Positions 1 to 14,299 of a stretch of 64,000 nucleotides of DNA are shown piece after piece. The notes under the pieces were generated by a model. It saw nothing but the letters and a program-made list of their open reading frames with translations. It was not told the DNA's origin and did no database searches. Source of the DNA: Adineta vaga (taxonomy: Eukaryota; Animalia; Rotifera); contig CP075493.1 in the NCBI GenBank assembly GCA_021613535.1, positions 558,001 to 622,000 of the forward strand. Direction: 5' to 3'. Positions within the stretch are counted from its first letter, which is position 1, and each line of letters begins with the position of its first letter. A program made the translations under genes and the position numbers.

Positions 1-3000
1 ACCACTTTTATGGAGCATTTTAACACGATATTCAAGGTCAGTGCATCGTTTTCTTTTAATTGTTTATTTTAATTTCTTTTTATCATTAATTGTATTTGTA
101 TCAACCAATTCGATTGGTCGTTTTTGACCAACTTCACGTAGATTACCTATATTCATTATTTCAATCATAAGGATTGATTACAAAAAAGTCTTTGTTATAC
201 CTATCAAAACATCACGTTTAGAATTATCACCTTGAGAAAGTAGATTGTCATTTTCTTTTTCTTCATTTGAATGTTTTCAAACACGGGTTTTTCGAACTAT
301 TATCAACCCATGCTGCAACTATACAATAAATAGAACGTATGTTGCCATCTCAGTGTATCTATTCGTTTTTATTCAAAAAAGGAATGCTATCGTTGTGCAC
401 TTCAATCGAGGTTTTCTTCCTTACTCATTTTAGTTGTTCAGAATATTCAAATAGTACTCAAAATCTGTCTAATATTGAGTTTACACTAACTCATTAACTT
501 GAAACGAAATTTTATATACACATCAGCGCAACAGATGTCTGTATCATACACATATTTCATAGACTATATAAAGTCTTCACAAAAGACATAACATCCTATC
601 GCCACCTAAAAAATTAGAAACCGACTTAACAAAAAAAGAATTACTCAACAATTCAATTATATCAAAAACTAAAATATCGTCATTTGATTCCATTCATATA
701 ATTTTTTCCGTCAAAACTATAATTTCTTGACCCATCCGAGTACTTGGTCAATCGCTTGAACGAATCCATAAGAAGCTTCTGCGCAGAACAACTCAACACA
801 AATAACCAACAGATTCCCATCTCTCCTTAGCATTACCAATATGAAAAATATCGTCTTATATCGAGTAATCCTTTGAAATCTTTCTTTTAAGTCACTCACA
901 TTGCTTTCGCTTATTTCTTTATCGATAACTTTAACCATTCCTTGAAACCAGATGCGTGATTCTCAATACACAATCAACCACAAAAGTCACTACACGTCAT
1001 TTGTATATAGAACTAACTTCTAAGCAATCTTTGAAATTAGTATAATCTGGATTACGCACTCCGTGATCTGGATTATCATCGTAGGTATATATATATATAT
1101 AGGGTTCACATTTGACCAAGCTTATGGATTATGGTGCAATACAGTGGTAATATGGTGGAATCTGGCGGAATACTTTATAAATTGAGTATAATCTAGTTGG
1201 TTGCTGAGGTAGAATTGTTGATGCTTGGATAGATTGCCATTTTTCCGACAAGAAACATCAAACCTTTTAATTCTTCACAAAACTACCAAATGGTTCCGTA
1301 TCGAATATACCAAAGCTCTAGATGATCAATGAATCGAGCAGGAGTTTCGTAAAATGCATGCCAAGCTATTAAGCAATTTATGGAAATGTTCATGGTTTCG
1401 TAGACCATATAAAAAACCTTTATCGGATCTACAGAACTCTCCAGAGTTGAGAGTGGATGTGGATATTTTGTATTCACCCACACTCTCACCCTCAGCATTC
1501 TAGGATAGATCTCAATTTATTAAAAACAAACATAATATATATCTATTAATTACCAAGATTGAGGTTGGCTCTAGAGTAACGATGCCACAAAAGCTGAAAT
1601 TGGAAACTTGATTTTTGAATGGAACTCAAGTTTCAAGTTAACCAAATCAAGCGTCTGATTAGAATATTACTCCGACTGTATATCTATGAAATTCGGAATG
1701 ATTTTGAACAAGAAATATCTTTTTTCTTACTTTTTTTCATATTTAAAACGGAAAACGATAGCAAATATGAATGACATATAATATCTTTATCAGTGTCCGT
1801 TTTATCAAATGGAAAATGACTGGTTGTTAGTGAAGTTAATAGTGGTGTTTGTTTCATTAGAGCTGAATTGATGAATATTGTTAAAACTACATTTCTGTTT
1901 TAGACAGAAATTTATTGCAATCTGTTTTCCTAATTAAATTGTTTAACGATGAATGCTTCGAGTAAGCATCATTATAACCAAAAAACATATCACTTTCATT
2001 CATTTTTACGAAAGAAATTGATCGATTTTTTTAATTAATGATTCACTATTCATTTTCCTTATTACAATACCACTAACACTGGTAAGTTATAGTTTATACC
2101 ATACTAGCCAGTTATGGATATATCACATAGCATATCATAACACATATGGGAACAGGACAAGAACATACAAAGTACAGCATACGTATATGAAAATGTCCAT
2201 TCAATGTAAAGATGATGATCGATTTGGAATATCTTCAAATCTTTTATAATTAAAATAATTAATTAAAAGTTACTTTTGATATAATCATATGCTTGCAATC
2301 AATTTTGATTTCTTTCCTATTCTATTATAGCATGAATTTAAGTAATAAGTAAATTAGATGGATGAAGAAGACATCTGCATTCTCGACTATCATCAAGATT
2401 TTTTTCTCCAAATATGAAAGCAATCTTTCTATATTTTTTTTTGAATTTTATTTAATTTGTGAAAAAGAGCAAAAAAGAAATGAATATTCATTCGGAACAA
2501 AAAGTATCAATATCAAATTGTTTCTTATCAACCTAAAGAATAATTATCTCAGATTTTATTAAGTATAATGTATTTTATTTTACTCGGAATATAAAAAAAC
2601 GCATTTCAGAAATCGAATAATTGAAAGAAAACGATTGTTATTCTAATTGACGACTATTATTTTGAAGAAGAAGGAAATTAAAACAACAAATTGAAAAATA
2701 ACGGAAACAATAAGACCCGAGATATCAACAATTGTTATAATGAAATCAAAAGAATTTCCTAAGGGTGAAATATTCTTATAAGATATATAAAAATAAGAGA
2801 AAATTTGAAAAAATATCATTGATTTCTATTATAAGACAAATAAATTTAATTAAAAAAAGAAACTAAAATTTTTAGTCAATATATGTTCAATTTGAGAGCG
2901 AAATATTTTTCTCTTAACTTTTATATTGACATAAATATATTATTCTCTCGATCTGAAAGAAGGATCATATGAAAAAAAATAGTTTGTATGTTTGTGTTAG

Positions 3001-6000
3001 GATTAAAAGGTCAAAAATCATTTTCTACAAAATGATCGGAAACAATATAGAAATCAAGAGTAGGATGAGAAAAGATTACTTTATCCTTCAGTAGGAGTGG
3101 ATCGTATGAATGACGACGATCGAATGGAAAACGAACAACATCATATAGATTTTGAAAGATACAATATGATATTGAAATCAGTCGAAGGTTAAGCGAATCT
3201 TCCTTGGCGACCACTATTTATTTTTAATAGTGCTAACATATATAATCCACTATAACAAGAAAATGGATATTTACAAGTTCGATGAATATGGGGAAATATT
3301 AATTATTCGCCAAAAAAAAGAAACTTCATCATATGTGAATAGTGCAGAATTATATGATCTATTAACAGAAATATGAACAATTAATGATAAAGTTTTCTTT
3401 TTTCCAGATATTCTCATACAGAATCTATATTAACAAAAAGAATAAATGACAAGTAACTCAATTGAATCGATAAATGTTATTGAATAATAAAATAAAGAAC
3501 TTTTTTTGTTCTTTTGATATCGTTCAGTTATATGATCTATCGAATAAAAATTGGACAATAAATAATAATTTAATCTATGAATAATTAGTAGAATATTTAA
3601 TAAAAAGATTCTAAATAAACCATAACAAAATCATAGAAATGAACAAAGTAAAATGAATCGTTCAAGAATTAATCATATCGCATCTGTGTTACTAAATGAA
3701 AAAGAAGATTTGAATAAAAATATATTCTTTCAATTTAAATCATATGAGAATGTCTTTTCGAGATTTTCTTTTATGAAAACAAATCTTCTATTTAAATATT
3801 GTCAATCATCGTCTTAAATCATCAATGAACTTCATCGAATTGAAGAACATAATCATCTCATATTCGAGAAGAATTTAAATATTTTTATAATTCTGTCAAG
3901 ATATGTTGAGAACACGGAAATTTATCTGTTTGTCGGATGTCTAATTAATCAATTTTTTGAACCAATTAGAGTTTAGCAATATAAATGCGAATTCCTAAAG
4001 TTATGAAGGATATATTGGATGTATTTGAAAGGGTGTGTATAGTCATCTATTGATAATATTAGACTTTTGCAAGTATGTGAATCTATTATAAAACGAAGGT
4101 TATTAGTAAAATGCATCTCTCTTCCTTTCAGAATTGAGTTGAGCGAGGTTCAAGGGACCGATGCATTACTTGTTCATAAATTAAAAAACGTACTGAAAGT
4201 TAATTTAAGTAGATTTAAATAATATTATCAATTATGAATTTAAACTCGAAAAGAGAATTAATTGAAAAAAAAGATTTTTCATTACGACTAATTTTGTTTT
4301 TTCGATTCTTATCTATATCGAATATTTATATTGTTTCAATATATTCTATTTAATTGAGAAATAAAGAATTATATTTTTTTTTATTAAAAAGTTTATCTAT
4401 ATGATCTGTCTTCGTTTTATAAAAATTCTTTTGAATAAAAATATCAATATGAAAAGATGATAAACCCAAATCTATTGAATATATATTTTTTTCAATCTTT
4501 TTTTTCTAATAGAACATCTCTAAGAATTATTTTATATTTATTTAAATAAATTTAAATAGAAATATTATAATTGATATCAATTATGATAAATAAATTCATT
4601 TTATTATTTTCTATGAATTTATTAATATTATAAATGTATTAATTAAAAAAATGAATCTCGTTTTCATTAAGTTCTTAGTGGAATAATTATGAATAATAAA
4701 CGTTTTCTTTTATAAAAGAGATATTAATCCTTTATCTTCAAGAATACAACTAGAGATATTCATATAAATATTATTCATAGTTTTTATCTAAACATAGAAT
4801 TCAAGTATTTACATATATTTAATCTGATATTATATTATTGATCATAGTTTCATATCTATAACTTCAATGAATTCTTAAAAAAATAAAAGAAATATTTATT
4901 GTAAAATAATAATAAAAAAACGATACGTTAAACATTTGTCAATTTGTATAAAAATACAAAAGAATATATGATATCATTGAAATGAAACACTTATTGTTAT
5001 GTCTGAATAAATGTACAAAGATAAGAATATTATTTATTATTCATATAAATATCTTTGTCTCGAAATAGAATCTTTATATTAATGTAAAAAAAAGAAGGAA
5101 AAAGAAATTTTCTTAATATAATATATTAATATGTGAATGTAAAGTTGTATCTGATACAGATTATTTTTCATTTCATAAATAGAAAATTTCAAGTTGTATG
5201 TTTTATTTATGTAATGATTCAGCTATGCGGTTAATTGTCAAAATGCCTGTAGAGATATGGTCAAAAATTATGCTACAACAGATTAAAGAAAATATTAAAA
5301 CAGTTTATAAATATGATGCAAGTGGTTGTGGAAAGGCTATTGAAAAACAAGTTTATACATGTGTTTAATTTAAGTATTTTATTATGGCGTTTTTTTAATA
5401 TTATTAGACTTAACAAATAACTAATCTTTTTCTTTTCTTTTTACAAATCTTGAGGGTGTGGGTGTGAAGGACTCTTATTAATTAACATCCAGTACACAAG
5501 CTCGTCTAATATTTAGTAACATAAAATGCTGTTTTTGTGCCATTTCTTTTTATGTAAAACAGCACAAAAATTGTTTTTTTGTTATTCTATAATGACACTG
5601 TAAAAGTTTTTGTAATCAATAAACTTCGACAGTTAAAATATTCATTAAGTATAACAAAGTTCAATATAACTTACATTGAGTAAATCACCTACGAGAGATG
5701 TCTGACATACGTTTTTACATCTAAAATAAGGTAATTCAATGATTTACTTGAACTTAATTCAGTAAAAAATAATTTGATAGTCAAAGGATTAAGATAATAA
5801 TAATCTCATGTAATTATAATTGAATCATAAATTATATAAAAATATTAAGGTGACATTGAATAAAAGATATCAAGCTATGATGTATCTATTGAATCTCATT
5901 GAACAATTTTATCATTTACTGATTAACAACGTTTAATAAATAGAAAAACAATTTTTTCTTTAGAAAAATCTTATTGAAATCTAAAATTATATATTGAAAA

Positions 6001-6746
6001 TTCTTTAAATGATTTAAAAGATCAAAAAATATATAAATATATGTTTGTGAACATATTGATATAGAATAAAGATTTATTGAACAATTCTTATTTCGAACTG
6101 ATGATGATGATGAAATGAATTATTTAAATACTAAAGATTGAAAACGATCTGTATTAACAGTAACTTGTCATGTTGATATGAATTGATTTTAAAAAAAAAA
6201 CATAATTAAATTTGAAATTTCATGTACAATACTTCTAAGATCAAAATTCATTTCATTGTACTATTAATTAATTAATTAATTAATTAATTAATATAAAAAT
6301 ATTGATTTATTTAACCAACAATATCTTATTTTACATTGTATTTAGCGTAGTATTATTATACGTATATGAAGAGACAAAGAATATTTATTTATTAAAAATT
6401 TCTTAGATTGGTTTATATTAATCGTATAGTATTTCGTATTTGTCTTTTTCTTATTATTATTTTACGTATTATTATGATTATATGATTTGATCATATTTCA
6501 TTCAAATATCATCAACAAATGAGAGATAAAAGATAATTAATTTCATATATTAATCATTGAAATATAAATTAATATTAATATAATTATATTAAAATCATTA
6601 GAACAAAACAGACTTTGTTTTTACTTCAAATATATTCTTTATGAATTCGTTTATATAGAAAAAGATAATTTCAATGATGTACAAAAATTGATGAATATTA
6701 TATAATAGAATATTTTGACCTTTATTAGAAAAAAGTTTTTGTTTTC

Positions 6747-7169
6747 TTATCCAAAAGCTTTTTCATCTGCATAACAAATATATAAAAATCCATCGATATC
6801 TTTATTTTCATGATATAAAACTTGAATAGTTGTATTTAATGATGGTTGTTTACCATATGAACTAATATAAAAGAATAATGCATGTTCTGGACGTAAACGT
6901 AAACGTCGTCGAATATTATAAGCAAATTGACCAAATGATAATTCAGATGGAACAAGAAATTTCTCATTTTCAAGACGATTTAATGTTGTTTCATGACATG
7001 ATGATGATGATGATGAAAATGAACGAAATAATGATGTTGTTAATAGAGATGAAGATATTAAAAATGGTTCAACAATAACAGGAATACGATCAGGATAACG
7101 TCGTCGAATACGTTCAGATTCAAATTGACGTTGTTCAAGTAAATATTTATGTTTATATTGCCAATTCAT
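6747..7169 (-). CDS. ATG8: ATG8/MAP1LC3/GABARAP family ubiquitin-like autophagy protein (intronless, with Ser-rich insertion)
   Basis: Family motifs RRRYPDRIPVIVE, KFLVP, IRRRLRL, ALFF, DIDGFLYICY and C-terminal AFG followed directly by the stop codon. Confidence 0.93.
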   Translation of the reverse strand: MNWQYKHKYLLEQRQFESERIRRRYPDRIPVIVEPFLISSSLLTTSLFRSFSSSSSSCHETTLNRLENEKFLVPSELSFGQFAYNIRRRLRLRPEHALFFYISSYGKQPSLNTTIQVLYHENKDIDGFLYICYADEKAFG

Positions 7170-7823
7170 TGTACATGAAATTATTAGATTTCCTTTTCTT
7201 CTTCTTTTTCAATAAGTTCAATAATGAAATAAACGTTAACACAATTATATAAAAAAATAATAATAGTTAATAGCTAAATTAGTTACTATAGTACATTAAA
7301 TGATTGAAACTAAACAGAAATAATAAAAGTCGAAAGAGAAAGAAAAAGAAAAAAAAATGAACATGTCCTTGTATTTACATATAGACATACGTGTCTACAC
7401 ATGTGTTCTTCTTCCAATTATTTTATTCATTACAATAACTAATAGATTTTTTTCTCAATTGATTTATGGTAAAATAGAAAAAAAAACAATAGTTAAGAAG
7501 ATAATGATAACATTGAATGTTTTGATTATTAATGACAAATTACAAAACTAAAAAATAAATAATATAATAAAGTTTTGTTAAAGATGTGTTATGACACTCT
7601 CTCATATCATAAAATGTTTATAAAACAAATTGAGATGTGAATACAACTGTCATAACAAATCAATGTAATTCTATATTTTCAATCATTAGATAAAGATTGC
7701 AACAACAAAACTATTATGTAACAGATAGATATATATAATAACAATTTTCTTGTTTCGACTTCTTCTTTTTTTTCTTCTTATTTGATATTTTTTAGAGGGG
7801 TTTTAGTGAGAAATATTTCTGGT

Positions 7824-7858
7824 CAAAGTTTCAGCTCGATCGATCGATCGATCGATCG
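7824..7858. repeat. (CGAT)5 microsatellite adjoining a CAAAGTTTCAGCTC motif shared with the interspersed repeat family
   Basis: caaagtttcagctcgatcgatcg is read directly. Its reverse complement resembles cgattgagctgaaactttg in the repeats near 36500 and 42840. Confidence 0.6.
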
Positions 7859-8553
7859 TACTATATGCCAGATTTACAGATGATCATGGTTCATTTTTAG
7901 CCTTTAAGAAAAATTACAATAACTCAGTCACAGTACGAGGGCTGGTCTCAAATTAAAGTCTATGTCAAGATGCAACTTTTCATCAAACGAAATTCTGAAA
8001 TTAGTGCTCGAAATATGAACAAAAGTTTATAAAAGAATAAAAAACATCAAAATATTGATTATATGATGCAATGATATTTACTTCTTTCAAGATATCTCAA
8101 ATTTGCTTTGTTTAGTCCCTTCAGATGATAATCAGAATCAATCATTCACATCAATAGAGTCAAGATTATCATAGTTGAACCTGAGAAGACGAAGATTTTC
8201 ATATGAAATATCCTATTTGAAGAGTGAAAGAACTAGAAGAAGAAGAAGAAGAAGCAGTCAATCGAAAAGACTAAACATATATAAGTCTCTTTCTCTGTTC
8301 CTGCAATAAACACTAAAAGTCTCCAATATTGTCTGTCTTCTTTATTTCAAAAACGAACAACATTCAGTTGATATTTCGTTCTCTGTTTTACACTAAATAG
8401 GAAAAAAAGGGAACTAAATCAAAAGTTTTTCTAAAGAAACAATAAGTAACAGGAGGGAAAATGTCAATACGGTGCATGACAAAGCTCAGGATGGCAGTGT
8501 CTCCTCTTTTATTTTTATTTTTAAAAAATGGAAGAGTTTTAAATGTTTGATTT

Positions 8554-11500
8554 CTATAAGAGATTCGTTCCGCTAAATGGACACAATAACTGTTTCTTCT
8601 TCATGTTCTTAAAGATATTGTGCTTCGTCGGATCAGTGAGATTGTTGTCTTGGAACGTTATGTTAGGCGCTTTGAGATGCGTGGATATAGTAGTATTTGA
8701 TGTAAGTATAGCGGCTTCTTCCTTATTTTTCGTCTGAAGATCAGAGATTGTGACAGTATGACTTTTGGCAGTTTCTAAAAGTGACAAGTAGGTTTCAGTG
8801 GGACCAAGAAGCCAGTAAGTATCCATAGAACCTTTACCCTATTAGGAAAAATTTAAGTTAAACAATATAAATAATGAAAATAACAAACCTTCATTTCAGT
8901 ATTTCCTCGATAAGCTGTTTCAAAATAGAGCGAATCTTTCAAGATTTCATACGAAGTGGCACTAAAATGGATCTTTCCGACCTAAAGAAGCGAAGAGTAA
9001 TTATTTCTATAAATAAAAACAAAAAGAGAGAAAACTAACTTCACTGCACGTTGCTACTCGACTAGCCTACAAAGAAATGAGTTAAATGACATAGTTAATC
9101 ATCGTTGATACTCTCATCAAATTATAAACTTACTGTATTGATAGTGTCACCAAAAAGACAGTATTGATAGTTGCGATTGCCAACGATTCCACCAACAGCT
9201 GGACCAGAGTGAAAACCTATTTATATGAATAAGACAAACAAATTGAATTTTTTATTGTGTTGTAAAAGACTTACCGAACTTCATTCGAAATGGTTGTTTC
9301 GTCAATGGACTAATAATTGATCGTGAAGCTATCATCAGTTCGAGAGCAAGTGCACAGATGATTTCCGCTTGATTTAAATTGTACGGATTCTTTAAGTTTC
9401 GAGGAATCAAGTGAAGATCATATGTATTGTTGTGTTGTTCATCTGTTTCATGATTATAAGTACTACCAGTAGAATGTCGATGGTGTGAAGTATTACAATC
9501 ATCACCGACTGACGAAGACGAGTAGTTTGTATTGAAACTCTGTGTGTGAAGAATATACATAATTATACGGAGGGTTCACAAATTTTTCTTCCAGACTATA
9601 CGTCAATCAGATTAGGCTTATTTGAAAACATGAAAATCTCATGCTATTATGTAAAGTTTCTTTCTTATCAACAAGCGTATAATTAATTTTATATATAAAT
9701 ATATATCATGTTATCATTTTCTGAAATCAACTAATATAACTCACCGTATTCGAATCTCGTCGAATATTGTATTTACTTCGATCTTGAATACCAGTTACAA
9801 TTAAATAACTCGAATCGGCCTTAGTTTCAACCTGTAGAGAACAAAAAAGAGATATTCGTATCTAAAACATTGTCCTTCTTCTAATAATTAACCTTATAAA
9901 CATCAAATTTTTCTGCACATATGTCAAATACATCAACTGTCTTGTTAATACAATCAACGATTTGTTGTGGAGAAAGTTTCTGTATGATATCTTTCATATC
10001 AATCGAATAGGCAAAGAGAACGGTCAATAGTTTATGAGACTATAAAATAACGGAAAACAAAAATGTTTATTTGTTTTTTTCAAACAAATAAAATGAACAA
10101 AGAACTGACCTCACAGATTGAATTTGCAATTACACCTTCCTGTAACATTTCTGTAATATGACGTGGCATTAATGAATTCAGAAGTCGTTTGCCTTTTTTA
10201 CGATATTTTTGTAGTTCATTCTTTGAATGTTGTAATTTTGTTAACCATGCATGTTGCTGTTAAAAAGACAAAAATAGAAGATGATCAATAAAACGAATTT
10301 TAATTTATCAAAATATAACAATATTTCATTCTGAACGACGATTAGCTTTTTATCGGTTATATTTCGACGATGTTTTTAATAATTTGTCTCTATTAACTTT
10401 GAGATTATTACTCCTGTACTCAAATGTTTCAATAACTTCAATAAAAGTCTAACAATTTATTCTATTTTTAAAACAAAATAAACAGTGATTATATTATGTT
10501 TCTTACCTTTTCAATTGCTGTTTGTAACTGTCTTGCATGTTGTATTCCACTAATCAAAATCTCACTACTTCCATCGTAAAAATTCAAATCATTGAGAAAC
10601 AATCCAATTGAAAGCATATCTTCTACATTAGCCAGCCTATAAAAATTCAAGTCCTATGTAATTTGAAAATGAGTAAAATAGCTGCGGACTAAATCTACTG
10701 ACTATTTCAAGTTTCTCTATTATTGAACTTAACCTCTTCAGGTAACTTAAGTTTGAGATAATGTCTTTTACCTAACATAATTATTCTTTGGAAATTATCG
10801 ATTATTAATTGTTAAAAGAAAATTTTTCGTAAACAAATTTCATCTGATTTTATCTACCGTTGACTAGAAAATGGACAATGTTAAAGTACTATGTGAATAG
10901 AAGACATAATAATCTCATTGAAAAGTATTCTGTTAAATTAAAGTTATTTTAAGAAATAGTTTACATTGGATGACAAAGAAAAGCCATCTTATGCCACGAT
11001 GGAATATATTTCATTTGTCCTTTTAATCTAATTGTTACGTTATTAGTCGATGAAGATTTATCTGTATTGGAATTTTGTTCCTTTGTAGAATTGTTCGTAA
11101 CCAGTTTGTTTAGTCCTATTTTTAATGGAATACAACTTTCCATGACGAAGACAACCGATTTTCCGTAGTTGAGAAACTAGAAATGGCAAAAGTGAAAATT
11201 ATTTTTTAAACAACAAATACAAATAAGAGACAAAGAAAGAAACACAAACCTTATCCCATTCGATATGCAAAATATCTGGTCGTAATAGAGTAAAGACTTC
11301 GCTGATGTGTTTGCCAATGATGCAGCTATCTGCATTGAAAAGACTTTCCAAACGAGAACCAAGTCGACTGATTCGCATTTCAGGATTGATTAAGATACAG
11401 AATGGAAAAACCTCAAAGACAAAAGAAAGAGCTTATCAAATACAAAAGAAAAAATTATATCCAATGATGATTTACTTTGAAGAATGTTAAACTTGTAATA

Positions 11501-12882
11501 TCCGGTAATAATAATTGTTTCATCAGACGAGAAGTTGTCTTATTTATGATTTCATTATTAAAATCTACCCGAAACATTATACGAGTATCTAAAACAAAAT
11601 ATATGATCTTTGAATTCTGAAATACAAATTCTTTTTTTCTTTAAACTTACATTCATTTGTCGACAAATCTTCTTGAACTGTGACTTTAATATTTTCATTG
11701 TAAAAGTTCTTTGCACATTCACGAAGTTGACCAACAACATAATGTTGAAAATTGCGACGACGTGTTCTTAAATAAATGACAAAATTAATAATCAATTTAG
11801 TTAATTTTTATTTTCAAATGAACCATAATAAAAGAATGAAAAGAAGGGATCATACTCAAACTCTTTTTCGTATAGTTACTTAATCAGAGATCTTTTTTCT
11901 TTTAGATATAAAGTACAAGAACTAAGTGTTATCCATCTTTCCTCTTCAAATTCAGATGTGTAAATCAAAAAATTAAAACTTTGCGATATTTAAAATATTT
12001 TAGTAGATGATTAATCATGTCTAATTATAATAATATATAGCGTAAAAAGTGAAAATAGTTAGTCGATAGTTAAGAATAAAATATCGTTTTTCTAAACTTA
12101 CTTATACATCAATATAACTCCTCGTTCGTCTTCTTCAGCTACACTGAATAATGGTGATTTCATTTCAGGAAAAGAGAAACGATTTGAATCATGTAGTTGA
12201 TCAATTGCATGAAGAAAATCACCAAAGTGTCTTCCAGCTACTCTTAAAATTTTATCATAACCATAAGTTGTAAAAAATCGAACGAAACATTCACCAAAAA
12301 ATTCCATGTAAAAGTCAGGCGTACCTTCACGTAAAATACTACATAAACCTATAAAAGAAACGGAAAATATATATTTCATAGAATAAAATTGTTAAAGTAA
12401 TAAATAATGTTCGTCAAGAAAGAATAGCTCATTTGATCTTTAATCATTCATTCCCATCTCATCCTAATTTCAATTGAGAGAATATTGAAATAGAAACTAA
12501 ATATTTATAATACTATTGAATAATCTATTGATTTCACAAAGATTAGATAAATTTCATTTTTCTATTCTCATTTTTTTTCTCTCTATTTTCAATCAATGAT
12601 ATTATTCTATCAACATTTCTCAAATATAAAACATTGAAAAACATATAATAAAAACAAATTTTGATTAAAAAAGATGTTTTAAATACAAAGAATAATGTTT
12701 AACAAAAAACAAATCGACTTACATTCAGCAATTCTTTCAATCATATTTTCTTCATATCTACCAAGTATAGTAAATGTTTCATGTTCAAAATTAAGTTCTT
12801 GAACAATTCTTTTCCATATTTGTTGACCAAAAACTGAAGAAATTCCATCGCGACAACTTTCTAATAAAATACCATAGAGCAT
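8554..12882 (-). CDS. Atypical soluble guanylate cyclase, beta-like (H-NOX, PAS/HNOBA, coiled coil, cyclase); Gyc-88E/gcy-35-like; 14 exons
   Basis: Exons rebuilt at GT-AG sites: 12882-12723, 12348-12102, 11766-11651, 11588-11476, 11411-11250, 11176-10965, 10636-10507, 10256-10110, 10039-9893, 9831-9745, 9539-9275, 9216-9134, 9066-9040, 8981-8889, plus terminal exon 8838-8554 (15 coding segments counting the last). Motifs: MLYGILLE, heme His (IDQLHD), YxTx[56 protein letters not shown]. Confidence 0.93.
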
Positions 12883-14299
12883 CTTCAATTTTCTTCTTTA
12901 TCAATAAGAATGATCTATAGATCGAAAAAACATTCAATAATATAATAAGTTTATATAAAAGGTAAAAAAGTAGACGAGAACAGAGGAAATACGATCTATT
13001 TAACAATTTATTTTAAAGAAAAGAAAAGAAAAGAATAAGATGACAATGAATAAAAGATTTCCTGTTCTTAGTGAATAAAAAAAAAGTATTTATATTTATG
13101 TCTCTCATCTATTTTGCACTTTGACACTTTCTTAGGTATATTAGATCTATATTGATGACATAACAAATGCACTTTTCTTCAATGAATTACTTAAAGAGAT
13201 TTTATAAATAAATGAAAAGAAGAAAATTGTAATTCTTTATTCTTCAATCAACTAGAATTAAATAGCTTTTAAAAAAAGTAATTATCAAATATAAATATTT
13301 ATTTATCTTTTCTTTAATATAATCATTCCTTTTCAACATATTATAATTTCATTGAAAATTATTTTTTATTTTTAAGAAATTTTATTAATTTTACATTGAT
13401 AAATACATATAGAATTTGAAAAATTGATTTCAATTCAAATACAAAATTTCAAGTTTAATATTATATATCATTTTTCGACAATTTAATTCTAATGAAAATA
13501 TTATCTTTTGTTTTTGTTATAATCTCAAATATTTTGTTCAATTTGTTTATCTTTTTTCTTCAAAATTACTATTTTTCTTTAGTGAAAACTATCTCGTTTT
13601 CAAACAAATGTAAACATTCTCTAACTCGAGGATTCGTGTTTAGAACTCGTCACATTAAATAGGTTCCTCGTGATATTATTCTACGGAAAAATATATTGAT
13701 AATTTGATCCATATGTTAATATAATTTATTTTTCATGATCAATTGATCAAATAATTAAAACGAGAATAATAATCTTCTTCAAAGAAAAGTTGAGTGAAAA
13801 CAAAAAAGTTATGTTAAAAATTGTTTTATGGAATTATTTACTGTTGAAATAGAAATTTGACATAATTCTTGAAGATATTCTAAATCAGAAAAAACGCTTA
13901 TCTGTTTTATAAGTCGGAAAATGTCAGTGATCCTCATATTTTTAACGATACCATACTCACCATTACTATACTTTATATTCTCTATGATTCAAACATCATC
14001 AACAACACCACCACTATCTCTATATCTTATAAATCATTGTCTACCTCTTATTACTGAACTCCAGTGTCTTTTTAGTTTTAATATACAATGGAATCTCTGC
14101 AACATGAACACTTTCCTACTCTGAACATTGAATACTTTTTCTGGTCCTTTCTATGTAAGAAAACCTCTACATAATGAACATGCTTTCTTATATGTAATGA
14201 GAAGCAAGGATTGTTTGGCTGAAGTTCATGGACTCTATTCAAATGAATTAGAAAACGTTTTGAACAATTCATCACAGTTCGATAATCTAGAATTGAACT

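Noticed and set aside
1-6700. Short ORFs (245-433, 717-938, 1283-1498, 2362-2562, 3011-3214) and a coding-like patch near 5210-5370
   Set aside because: No recognisable motifs or consistent exon chain. They may be decayed genes or transposons but cannot be supported.
6878-7078. Met-rich 66-aa ORF on the + strand
   Set aside because: It is the antisense shadow of ATG8; the poly-Met is the complement of the TCA Ser repeat.
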